A DNA stretch of 33,837 bases from Geosiphon pyriformis uo1 (lineage: Eukaryota; Fungi; Glomeromycota): assembly GCA_016748015.1 (NCBI GenBank), contig JAAOMT010000294.1, positions 5,050 through 38,886 on the forward strand. The letters are read 5' to 3'. Positions 13,101 to 24,875 of the stretch are shown here, piece after piece. A model generated the notes under the pieces. That model did no database searches. It was given only the letters and a program-made list of their open reading frames with translations, and had not been told where the DNA came from. A program made the position numbers and the translations under genes. Numbering within the stretch: the first letter of the stretch is position 1; each line of letters starts with the position of its first letter.

Positions 13101-14181
13101 TTTATTTGATTTTATATGAACAGACACTCGTTATGATACCTCTTTGTAGCGGTTAGATTCAACTGTGATTAAAACACTTATTTTTAAAAATTATATTTAG
13201 AAAATAGCAAATGACTTTGTGAAATGATCAAAAGTTAATGTTTATTTTCATTAGTTTTTTCTCGTACACAATTTCTTAGATGAGGGTTTCATATTTTAAG
13301 TGAGTATAATGTAATCTTTAACGTTTGGTGGGCATTTAAATTGTATTATATCACATTTAATAGTCGATCTTTGCAATAATATTAATAATTTTTATTTTGT
13401 AAGAAAAATGAAAGATATTATTGTTTTTTATTTTCACATGTATTTATTATTCTAACTTTGTAAAATCAAATAAATATTCAATAAAATTATTTATGTGGTA
13501 TATATAGCTTTGCAATTTTTTCTATGAAATTAATTTTAATAAATGTTATAGTCAAATATCTTATATAACTATTATTGTTATTATTATTTTCGACAAAGTC
13601 ATTTATTATCAAAACACTTGTCTATTTAACTATTCATATAATGAATTTCAATAATTTCAATAATTAATTTTATTACCCAATTTTGTTTTATCTTAATTTG
13701 ATTTCGTATTCGAAACACTTAGTTATCACTTAACGAATTAATTAAATTACAAATTTTTAAAATAATAACGAGTATGAATATTTTTTAAATATATTAATTA
13801 AGATAAATGAAAATGTATTCTCTTAATTATCATTTAATTGCATTGACATTTTTTATTTGTTTTCATTTAGATTTAAAAATAGTATGAAAATTTATTATAA
13901 TACAAATTTTTTAGTTAGATATCATAATTTTAAGAGTTAATTTATTTTTTTATTATACCTTTTATTAAGATTCAGTATACTTAGGAAAATATAATTTTTA
14001 TTTCATTTAAAATATTTAAATTTGAAATTCTTTCTTGTTGATCAAAAAATTATTTTTTACTTTTTTTTTTAATTAACTAACATAACCTTTATTCTTATTT
14101 AAAAAAAAAACTTTTAATTTGATTAAAACTAATTCTTATTTTTATCTTCTTTCAATTTGAAATTTTTTATTTGATTAAAAA

Positions 14182-14184
<3 letters not shown>

Positions 14185-14220
<36 letters not shown>
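14185..14220. repeat. (TAA)12 microsatellite
   Basis: Direct reading. Confidence 0.95.
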
Positions 14221-14221
<1 letters not shown>

Positions 14222-14684
14222 TTGATTCAAAAAAATATAATGACTTGAATTCATAAATATTTTATTATTGTTATTAAAAAAAATATTAAATTGAAATTTT
14301 ATAAAATTTGAATAATAACAAAATAACAAAATAATAAATAATAAAAGTTCACTATAAAATTTGATTAATAATTAATTTAATCAATTTAATCAATTTAATC
14401 TTTAAATTATTTTATTTGATTTAAAATGTTTTTTAAAAACAAAAAAATTTTTTATTTTATTTTTTATAATCATATTTATTAATTGGAATTAAGAATACCC
14501 AAATAAATCAAAATTTAAAATGTGCAATTTGAAACAATAAATCAAATATTTAAATAATAAAATTGATTAAAATTTAATTAATAATGATATAAATAATGAA
14601 AATTAAATTATAATAACTTAAATTGTTATTATTTTTGTTAAAAATGATCAAATTTAATGACTAATTTTATATTGAATAGTTTAT

Positions 14685-15395
14685 TGCAAGTATACCTTGG
14701 ATGTTATGGAATGAATTAGTCATGGTTTCATTATGGAATCTCAAAGCTTTTCTCAAGATACCTTTACCTGAAACATATTTTTCTCTATATATTTTTTTTA
14801 TAAATTAGTTAAAACTGGTGCATGGGACCGCGACATTCTTATTTTGAAAACGGATCCCTTAAAAGTTATCATTTCTATATTGGACTGCTAATTATTTTCA
14901 GAATTTATAAAGTTCTCGAGTATATCATGCAACTGAGATTTGCAAGGGGACTTCTCATACCATGTATAGAAATGTTTATAGTTTTGCGATCATTTCCTGG
15001 GAGATTATTTCAGGAGAAAGATCTTGGAATGATTATATAAATTTTATTGGCGTATAATTTTGATATGATTGATGGAAAACGCCATAGAATTGAAAAGCAT
15101 CGAATCAATTTATTCAGGAAGTGATTCCAAAATTGGCCATTACTGCCCCTAAAACTATAACTTGGATGAACCTATCTGTTAAAAAAAGTTTAATTTTAAA
15201 GAAATACAAGATGTTAGCCATGATACAAAAAGATATAAAAGTAAACAAATCTGGAAAATCATAATTCTAGTCGGTTACAATCTGCATGTTCTATGAATGG
15301 TAAGTTTTTCATTTATTCTATTAAATATTTAAAAAAAACTATTTTTATTATAAAATACCTTTTTTTTTTTAGAGCTTTGATTGTGCGATCTAAGG
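14685..15395 (+). pseudogene. TKL kinase pseudogene of the same family as the kinases at 26063 and 33837
   Basis: Fragments 'LGCYG', 'VMV', 'LKAFLK', 'LVHG', 'ILILKTDPLKVIIS' and 'ICKGTSHTMYRNVYSFAIISWEIISGERSWN...DGKR'. It has the same terminal 'aatg|gtaag' donor (~15299) as the intact paralogs. Many deletions and stops. Confidence 0.9.
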
Positions 15396-16021
15396 AAGAT
15401 AGCAATGACACATATTTTTTTATTGAAATTTAACTATAAAATAGTTTTAGAATATATAGATAATAATTAATAATATATATATTTGTAGACTCTCTCGTAT
15501 AGTATTTCTCTATCTTTTATTTCTTTTTTCTGTTAATGTGATATAAAAATTTCTACTTTGATTCAAGTACTCTATTTTTAAATGTTGAAAGACTTGATCC
15601 TTTTAAAAAAACATGCGAAATTCACAACCCTGAATTTATTTGACATTGTTTGAACTAAACCTTTTTTTTTTTCTTTTTTTAAAATTCATGAATTCTAATA
15701 TAAAATCAATTTTTCAAAGTTTGCATTAATAATCAAATAATTAATTTTCTTTTTAACAGACAAACGAAATTTTTTAGAATGACAATTTAGTTATTTGATG
15801 CAATCCGTTAATCAAATTTTGTTTTTGAATAAAATCCAAAAAGCATAATGATGATCAAATTTTTAGGATGACGCACTATTTTCCACTTTGGGGAATCCAT
15901 TTGTCATTATAAATACCATATTCGGGCATTTGGGCAAAATTAACGTTCATAATTGATACCATCATTTTTTAATTTATCAGACTTGCATCATTGAATAAAA
16001 AGTTTTAAATATTCCAAAAAA

Positions 16022-17114
16022 ATGACCACACCTTTAGTCTCGGATATCCTCCATGAAATATTTCTTCACTTATCCCACCGTGATCTCTATAAATGCATCT
16101 TTGTAAATTGGCTCTGGTGCGAAAGTGCTATTCCAATCCTATGGGAGGATCCAATGTTAGACTCCAAAACGATACAAACCGAAAAGCTCCTACTAGCCTA
16201 CTTTTCACAGATTGAAGATTCAGATCGATTAATTTTATACGAAACCCATAAAATTGATCTACCAAATATTCAAAAACCTTCAAAGTTTCCGTATTCAGCC
16301 TTCGTAAAAAAATTTCGATATACACGGATGTTAGAGTTTATAGAGATTTTTTGTACAGCTAGAGGAATCAAAGACCAGAAAGGACCTTACTTATTAATGC
16401 GTAGTATTTTAAAAGCCTTTTTAAAAGCTGGAGCGAGACTTAGAGAGCTGAAAATTGAACCCAGTGTTCGAAATGTGATTGATGAAGAAGCATTGCTTTG
16501 GACTGAAATCGAGTTTCGACCAATTATTCAATCAGTGAAAATAATGGAAATTCGTGGAGTTTTTCCAAAATATTTGTTCCTTGCTCAGTTGTCAAAAATT
16601 TGTAAAGAGGTGGTAAGTTAAAATTAAAAAATGATATTTTTTGCTTGAAAAGTTTAAATTCTCAGAATTCAAAAATCAAATCAAATCAAATCACTAGGAG
16701 TCTTTAACTATAGAAGTCTACGCATCAAGAACGACCGTGCAAGAGCAAATCGCTAGTTCCTTAGCCTTATTTATCTCCTCCCAAACGTCTTTATTCAAAC
16801 TCTCAATCTTAGGCATCCGTTCTCATTCTTCTTATATTCTTCACTCATTATTATCGCAACGAGATCATCTTCGATACTTGAATTTTCAGTACGTTGATTT
16901 TATTGGATGTCCACTATGGGCTGGTCTAGCCGAATGTGAGAAATTGGAATTTTTACAAATTTACGATTATTCTAATTTATCTAATGAGGTTGTTGAACCT
17001 TTAATGAATGCCTCCTTTCCAAATTTGATGAGAATTAGAATTGTGCCTGCTAGTTCTTCTCAGTGGTGTTATACTTTGCAGAGGTTCGAGAGAGAAATGA
17101 AGAATCGGTTTTAA
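16022..17114 (+). CDS. F-box domain / RNI-like (LRR) protein, ~335 aa, 2 exons
   Basis: N-terminal F-box 'LVSDILHEIFLHLSHRDLYKCIFVNWLWCESAIPILWEDP', 'FPYSAFVKKF' and C-terminal LRR-like units (LRYLNF, LEFLQI, FPNL). Exons 16022-16612 and 16698-17114, with a phase-0 GTAAGT...TAG intron. Confidence 0.9.
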
Positions 17115-17870
17115 TAAGAAAAAGGTTCAATCCTGATTTTTTGATGGGGCATAGGATGATTTGTAATTTTAAACACTAATTTTTGACAATTAAAAAACCC
17201 CAAAGTAATAAATATAAATAATTTTCGTTTAATTTCAACACATCTAGGTAGACTTTATTTTGTTGTTAATTTTAAAAGAACATCTCATTTAAGGTTTCCA
17301 AAGTAAAATTCCTGACAGTTAAAATTTTTCTCTGAATATTTTTTCAAGAAATTTATTGCCCGCATTCAATCCTTTCACCTCTTTTAAAGCAATGAGACAA
17401 AGAATGTGGACGGGGGGGGGGGTAATTGAGAAATTATTTTAAGAAACCTGAAAATTAAGTGGAAATTCAAAATCTATTTTTTTAGTTTCGAGAATGCAAT
17501 GCATTACGAGCTTTTGATTTTTCTTAAGATCATGTAATCCATGTATCATGTGAGTATTGATCTAAGATAAAAGACTTTGAGAATTAAGTTTTGTCAGTAA
17601 ATTATCAACTTTTTATTTAAAAGAACCAAAATGCCTTTTATATATATATATAAATTTCTGTTTTTTAAATTGGAATAATAAAGGCAAAAGTTTTTGGTTC
17701 AAAATTTTCATTCAAGTTGAAAGTATTTGAAATAATTGGACTAAAAATAAAGACTTTTAACAGCTTGATTTACAATCAACTTTTCCCACCTCAGAATAGG
17801 TTTTATCTCTCTGATTATCAGATCTTAGCATCAAAATCTCAAGATCTAAGACTCTTTTACATATGATAAT

Positions 17871-17872
<2 letters not shown>

Positions 17873-17929
<57 letters not shown>
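17873..17929. repeat. (TAA)19 microsatellite
   Basis: Direct reading. Confidence 0.95.
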
Positions 17930-17931
<2 letters not shown>

Positions 17932-18892
17932 TGAAACTGCAACTGCAATCGCAATCTGCTCTCGGATTCAAACACAGAATATGAAAGAAAAGGTTTCGTC
18001 TTCGATTTTTAAATTTCAAAAATTGATATTAAAAGTGCGCCACGTTAAAAACATCCTTTTCCAAATGACACTTAATGATAAAAAAAAAAGGCAATTTAAA
18101 TAAATAATCCTAAAACTCTTTTGGTTCCCGATTTAAAAATTCCAAAAGAATCTAATCATCACCCAAATTCCATCGTAAAATCTCCCACCATCAACATCAG
18201 TATAATAATTATCAGATTGATTAGAATATATTAACAGAAATCTATAAGTGATTCTTTTCGTAAAATTCAACTGGAGCGCTATTTAATTAAACATTTGATT
18301 CTCTTAAGGGATTGGCTTCATTGTTTAAAAAATAAAAAAATAAAATTTCACAACATCACTAATCCACACTTTATTTCGCTAGACGCACTATGTATAATGT
18401 TATTTGCTTTGATTTTTTTTCATTAACAATGGGTTTCCTAAGTAAGTAAGTAAGTAATAATAGCCACAGACACCAAAAATATTTTATAATAAACCATTTT
18501 TCAGCTCGATCTATTTTCATTTAAAGTTACTTTTTCAAACATTCCCTTTATTCTCTGTGTGATCTAAAATAAAATTTGGTAATATGTCATAATCACATCA
18601 CCTTAAGATTATCACAACAAAAAACTTTATCATGGGAATTTGGCATAATCATTCTATCGTGGGATTTTAACAAAAATAATAAAACCACGCAGAAAATATC
18701 TGGTTTTGGAAATGTGTTCATGGGACTTGAGTGACCCTGACGTTCGACAAATTATATTCATAACGTGAGAAATTTTTTTCTCGATAGCATTACAAGCCTC
18801 ACCATCAGTTTTCATTCTTTACACCAGCTTTTATCTCAACGATACCCAAAAATATATCAAAAAAATGGATTCAATCACGACAAGAAATCACC

Positions 18893-19426
18893 ATGACTCC
18901 CTACAAAATGGTCAGTTCTCGGGGTCAAGATTGTATCGTCACGTAGGGTTCTTTTTGATTTTCGGCGTGATTATTTCGGATAAAAAAACTTTAGAGATTT
19001 AGATGCTTTCGTTGGATTGGTAAAGTTTAAAATTTTGATACTATATTTTCAAAAAAATATATATGTTACAGGCACGACCTGATTATCACGCTATAACCAT
19101 CCCTCCAGAAATACTTCTTAATCATAATCACCTTCCTGCTATCAATCAAAATACCCGACTTGTTACAAATCATGGCAATAATGTATGTGAATACAAATTT
19201 CCTTTTTACTTATTATTCAAGAATTGTTTTGTTACAACATAAAAAAAAATTTCCTTTATTTTTTAAAAAGCGTCATCACAGAAGCCGGCACCATCAAAAT
19301 GCACCCCCACTATTCCAAAGAATTATGGTTGTCTTATGTGTAGTAACATTTGTGATTGTGGAAATTGTTATAATTGGATATTGGGCCGATTGGCTTGAAT
19401 ATATTCATTCATTTCTAGACCGATGA
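18893..19426 (+). CDS. Small (~94 aa) His/Asn-rich protein with a single C-terminal TM helix, 3 exons
   Basis: Exons 18893-18910, 19072-19182 and 19271-19426, joined by phase-0 GT-AG introns (gtcagt..cag; gtatgt..aag). Translation: MTPYKM-ARPDYHAITIPPEILLNHNHLPAINQNTRLVTNHGNN-RHHRSRHHQNAPPLFQRIMVVLCVVTFVIVEIVIIGYWADWLEYIHSFLDR. Confidence 0.6.
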
Positions 19427-20450
19427 TTCGAACCTAGTTGTTTATTGTATTTGGTTTTTCTAGGAAAAATCATTGTCTTTAGTTGATATGTCCAATATTT
19501 TCAAAGAACATTAAGGGTAAATGAGACACTGTGTAAGGGAGGTTTTGAGGAAATGGCAGAGATCATTTGATCTTTGAATCAAACCCAAATTTGAAACTTC
19601 ATCTTTAAGTCTATTAAAAAGTTTTGTAATTTTCTCTGAGAAGAAAATATTTGAAAGAATGATTAAATCGTTGGTCGAAAACTATACATGGTATTTAACT
19701 TTAAGGCGGGATTACGACAATTGCTTTGTTGGAGATTTTTTAATAGCTCAAAAATCGAATACATTGACCAAAACGGTTGAATATTTTTATTTAAGAGAAT
19801 TTTGAAATTGAATAATGGATACTATGCTTCGCAATCAATTAATTTTGATGGACACTAATTTTAAAGAAATGAAACCTAGCATAAAGTACATTCCATGATC
19901 AAAAATGTTCCTGAAAAGAAAGCTTTTTTATTTAAATTTTCCCAACTTATATATTTTAATTCCCCATTAAACTTAGCAGAACTGAAATTCTGGATAAACA
20001 ATAGTGTGGATCAAGTTCAAAATTGAAGAATTTCGATTTTTTTTTTTTAACAAAGAGTGAATAATAAGAATCGAAAAAAACTTCTAAATAACTAAATCAA
20101 ATTCATTGAATATAATTTTATACACATTTTGGCTTAATTGGAATAAAAATTCAACTTTTCAAGATAATCTAATTTGAATAAATAATACAAATCAGATATC
20201 TTAGATTTGCTTTTCTCGTCCCCCCATTTCTTTTGCTAAAAATAGCAAAGCATTTGACAAAATCCAGATGCTAAAAATCGTTGCGACCCATTGATTCGAG
20301 TAACAAGTTCCTTTTCGCCAAATAGAGGATTGAATAGAAATAGAATAAAAATGCTAAAATGAGAAATTCATCGGAATATTTCTTTTATATTTTTCTCTTG
20401 AGAGGGAATGTTATTTGGAATCAATCTCAAGAAATATAATTTCGGGTCCT

Positions 20451-20828
20451 CTAATGTCGTGTTCCTCGATCCCGTAATCGTCGATTTTCACCTTCACGAC
20501 GATATTTTTCACGTATTAAACCAACATCACCGGTTCCTCTTAGTGTCTTTATATATTCAGTAATCCTAGGATCCATCCTAACATTTTCTTTCCAACTGGT
20601 TTCTTTTAGGATCTTTTCATGATAGCCAGTAATTCCAGCCAAGTAATTAGTCAATGTTTTTGCACCGGCTGCCGCAGCTCGGTATTTCAATGATCGTAGG
20701 AGATTTGTGACAGAGACAGGAAAATCACTTCCATCTTCATTCTGGAAACCACCTTCAGCCGAATGTCGAGTGAACCAGCGAGCCTCTAAATCATAATAGT
20801 CTTTGATCAGGCTCGTTGTTGCAGGCAT
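20451..20828 (-). CDS. Intronless 125-aa protein resembling the N-terminal core-binding (SAM-like) domain of tyrosine recombinases, without a catalytic domain
   Basis: Clean ATG-to-TAG ORF, more GC-rich than its flanks. The pattern 'Y..E.RWF......FPVSVTNLLRSLKY......KTLTNYLAGITGYH......W...VRMDPRITEYIKTL' matches the T-x-x-x-Y-L-x-x-I-x-x-x-H helix of DIRS/Ngaro/phage-integrase CB domains. Confidence 0.65.
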   Translation of the reverse strand: MPATTSLIKDYYDLEARWFTRHSAEGGFQNEDGSDFPVSVTNLLRSLKYRAAAAGAKTLTNYLAGITGYHEKILKETSWKENVRMDPRITEYIKTLRGTGDVGLIREKYRREGENRRLRDRGTRH

Positions 20829-22263
20829 ATTTGAAGATTTGTTTTAATTAAAGTGATAATAGATTTGAGGTGTATTTAGAGTTCAAGTAATTTGAAATTT
20901 TTGTTATGGGATCAAGACTTTTTATATATTTTTGATATCATAAATAAGGTATGTCATCAGCGCATTATGATTAGTAATTGGATGATTAAAAATTATGAGA
21001 GTGGGCAACAGCTAGATTTTTTTTTAATAATGTCACTCAAAGACGTTCGGAAAACAGGTAAAAGTCGATCTTCTCTTGTCACAAACACACCACCAATCTT
21101 GCAAGGAACAGGATACGGAATAACTAAATTCTTATTTTGGGGAAGCGTGTGCGTTGCACCAATTGTTTAAAATTTCCTATTTCGTAAATTTAATGTAAAA
21201 TTTTAAATTTCTGCGCCTTTCACCAGAAAATGGGTGATATGAGTTAACTTAAGAGGAAATAAAACCAGCCAATCAAATAAATTAAAATTAATAAAGAAAA
21301 TCAATTACTGTGCCCGAAAACTGCGGTATTTTTAATATATATATAAAAATTTAAATAATTAATAAACAGCTTTGAATATTTATAAGCATAAAAATTTTGA
21401 TATTATAATAAAACTTTATGATTATGTTTTAAATTCAATTTGTTTTAAAATTTTATTAAAATTTTATTTAAATGAAGAATTTTTATAATATTATTATTCA
21501 TTAAAATATTAATTAAAATTATTGGTGTATTTAGCTCTTTAACAATTTATTTATTTTATACAAGAATAATTTAATCTTTGAAATATATAATTAATAAAAC
21601 ATTAAAAGTTTATAAGTAACGTTCAAATTTTGTATCGTTCTGGGTGGATGAGATGAGAGCAGGAATAATAGATAAAGATTTAAATTTTCTATGATTGAAT
21701 ATTGAATCTGTTGATATATATAAAAATTTCTCGAAACTTCTATTGAAAACCATTTAATAATAAAATAAAAAAAAGTAGCAGGAAAACCTGACTACTTAAT
21801 ATAACAAAAAAATGTTTTGGTTATATTGAAAGAGTCCATTTTTGTCAAATTATAATTGATCTTTTTTTTAAAGTTTGCAATTATATACACACACAAAAGT
21901 GATCATAATGAATGTTTCTAATTAGAGATTAAAGATTCCGGATCGATCTTTGGACCGTCTTCCATATTAATTTAATCATCTGAAATTCAATACATGTATA
22001 CATTATTTCTTTTTTTTTATTACTCTTTTGAAGCTGATTCATTATTTTTTCTTCTCCTTAAGAATTATCAATTTTTAATTATTTAAAGGTTTATTCCAAA
22101 CAATTCTTTTTTCATTATTAGTATTCAGAAAAATTTAATCAAGTATTCGAGAATGCACCATCTATAGAAAAATTCTCTCGCTTCAACTTTAATTGGAATT
22201 GCTATTGATTACCTAAATATTTTGATGTTATGGCAAAAAATCAGAATGGGATTAAAAATAAGA

Positions 22264-22303
22264 AATATGTTAATTATTAAAATTTTTTAATAATTAACAT
22301 ATT
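22264..22303. repeat. Perfect 19-bp inverted repeat with 2-nt spacer
   Basis: aatatgttaattattaaaa-tt-ttttaataattaacatatt. Confidence 0.9.
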
Positions 22304-22664
22304 CTTGTCTTGGTCTCTGTTTATAATTAATTATCTCTATTTGTATCCTATCAAACCAAACAGGTCAAATCTTTTATTGAAATTTTAGATCGTGTAAAAA
22401 AAGATTAAGTCTTTTATCCAAAAATGATGACGATTAGTCTTTCAAAAAACCCTATTTTGAAGCCTTTGGATATTTTTAACAAATTTTATAAAGAATTTTT
22501 AATTTCGAAAATCGGGAGAATTTATAAAAGAGAAAATTATTATTTAAAATATGTATTTATTTTCCTCAACATTTAAAATAAATCTTGGAGACTAACCCAT
22601 ATTCTACATGCGAATAAAAAATTATATCCTATTTCTTATCGTGTTATTTGAAAATATTTCCTTT

Positions 22665-22691
<27 letters not shown>
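22665..22691. repeat. (TTA)9 microsatellite
   Basis: Direct reading. Confidence 0.9.
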
Positions 22692-22695
<4 letters not shown>

Positions 22696-24252
22696 TTTGA
22701 AAAAATTCCAAGTTATCAACGTTTATTGGAATTTTATTAATCTTTTCTAGAATTTAAGAATTAAAAAGAAACTATCAATCAAAATAATAAATTTACTTTC
22801 TCTAAACTCTGGCACTTTTATAATCACCTAACAAAAAAACAAACTCCCATTTTACATATACAGACCTCGTCAAAGTTTATCGAATAAATTTTATGTTTGC
22901 ATTATGGTTAGTTCTGAATGCTGTAATGAAACTGTTTTATATTTTAATTCAATTTATTATGTAATCAACAGATTTGTGATCATGTAAAAACCTTGCATAA
23001 GATTTTGCAAAATTAGTTTTACTTTGTGATAAAAAGTGATTCAAAGATTATGTTAAAGAACAAGATTAAAGGCAAAAGTTCCCCAAAAAAATTTTCAGAG
23101 GCATAAAACGTTTTAACTGTTTGTACAGTTATGAATATTTTCCAGTTAAATTTCATTATTCAACTAGGGATTCCATCTTTGTGTAAAAGATGGGACTATA
23201 TCACTTTCTTTTTAAAGGAGTTGAAAACTTGAGAATGGATGATTATAACTGAATAATTAAGAGCTTTTTTGATGCAATATTTCGTAGCTTTTTAAACGAA
23301 TCATACATATATGATATTTTATTCGAAAATATTGATCATGAGCGGCAAAAAGTATTTCTAGAACTTTGGCCATCTGATGTTCTTCATAAGATACTTTATC
23401 ATTATACATATAAAATATTTAGACAAAAATAAAAAAACTTATTATAAATATTTCAAGCAAAACTTATCACAATTAATGCTGTTCATCTTTCAAAAAATTA
23501 TAATCAGCGACAATAACATTTTTTTTTNNNNNNNNNNNNNNNNNNNNNNNNNNNNNNNNNNNNNNNNNNNNNNNNNNNNNNNNNNNNNNNNNNNNNNNNN
23601 NNNNNNNNNNNNNNNNNNNNNNNNNNNNNNNNNNNNNNNNNNNNNNNNNNNNNNNNNNNNNNNNNNNNNNNNNNNNNNNNNNNNNNNNNNNNNNNNNNNN
23701 NNNNNNNNNNNNNNNNNNNNNNNNNNNNNNNNNNNNNNNNNNNNNNNNNNNNNNNNNNNNNNNNNNNNNNNNNNNNNNNNNNNNNNNNNNNNNNNNNNNN
23801 NNNNNNNNNNNNNNNNNNNNNNNNNNNNNNNNNNNNNNNNNNNNNNNNNNNNNNNNNNNNNNNNNNNNNNNNNNNNNNNNNNNNNNNNNNNNNNNNNNNN
23901 NNNNNNNNNNNNNNNNNNNNNNNNNNNNNNNNNNNNNNNNNNNNNNNNNNNNNNNNNNNNNNNNNNNNNNNNNNNNNNNNNNNNNNNNNNNNNNNNNNNN
24001 NNNNNNNNNNNNNNNNNNNNNNNNNNNNNNNNNNNNNNNNNNNNNNNNNNNNNNNNNNNNNNNNNNNNNNNNNNNNNNNNNNNNNNNNNNNNNNNNNNNN
24101 NNNNNNNNNNNNNNNNNNNNNNNNNNNNNNNNNNNNNNNNNNNNNNNNNNNNNNNNNNNNNNNNNNNNNNNNNNNNNNNNNNNNNNNNNNNNNNNNNNNN
24201 NNNNNNNNNNNNNNNNNNNNNNNNNNNNNNNNNNNNNNNNNNNNNNNNNNNN

Positions 24253-24875
24253 GTTGTTATTTAAATGGAAAGGGAACTACGAAAAATTCAGAAAAAGCAT
24301 TTGAACTTTATTCAAAAGCAGCAGAGACGGGACATTTAGATGCACAATTCAATCTTGGATGTTGTTATTTAAATGGAAAGGGAACGACAAAAAATTTAGA
24401 AAAAACATTTGAACTTTATTCAAAAGCAGCAGAGGTGGGACATTTAGATGCACAATACAATCTTGCAGTTTGTTATGATGAAGGAGAAGGAACGACAAAA
24501 AATTTAGAAAAAGCATTTGAACTTTATTCAAAAGCAGCAGAGGCGGGACATTTAAATGCACAATATAGTTTTGCAAATTGTTATTATAATGGAAAGGGAA
24601 CGACAAAAAATTTAGAAAAAGCATTTGAACTTTATTCAAAAGCAGCAGAGGCGGGATATTTAAATGCACAATACAATCTTGCAGTTTGTTATGCTAATGG
24701 AGAAGAGACGACAAAAGACGTGGAAAAAGCATTTGAACTCTTTTCAAAAGCAGCAGAGGCGGGACATTTAAATGCACGATACAGTCTTGCAGTTTGTTAT
24801 GATGAAGGAGAAGGAACGACAAAAAATTTAGAAAAAGCATTTGAACTCTTTTCAAAAGCTGCAGAGGGGGGACAT
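24253..24875 (+). repeat. Tandem 108-bp coding repeat (Sel1 units, ~5.7 copies visible, high nucleotide identity)
   Basis: Near-invariant blocks such as ggaacgacaaaaaatttagaaaaagcatttgaact and tcaaaagcagcagag recur every 108 bp. Confidence 0.95.

Noticed and set aside
17122-17134. tRNA T-arm-like motif (aggttcaatcct), and ggttcgaatc on the minus strand near 19430
   Set aside because: No acceptor, D or anticodon arms can be folded around them.
14129-17975. Poly-Ile ORFs 14129-14329 and 17757-17975
   Set aside because: Translations of (TAA)n microsatellites.
19490-19870. Possible kinase N-lobe relic ('LCKGGFEEM')
   Set aside because: Only one short degenerate motif, too weak without a search.
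20892-21170. 92-aa ORF divergent from the recombinase-domain gene
   Set aside because: TTG start, no recognisable motifs. Likely promoter region of the 20828 gene.
24253-24875. CRISPR-like or non-coding repeat array
   Set aside because: The period is 108 bp, in frame, and encodes Sel1 repeats. There are no unique spacers or cas genes, and the context is eukaryotic.
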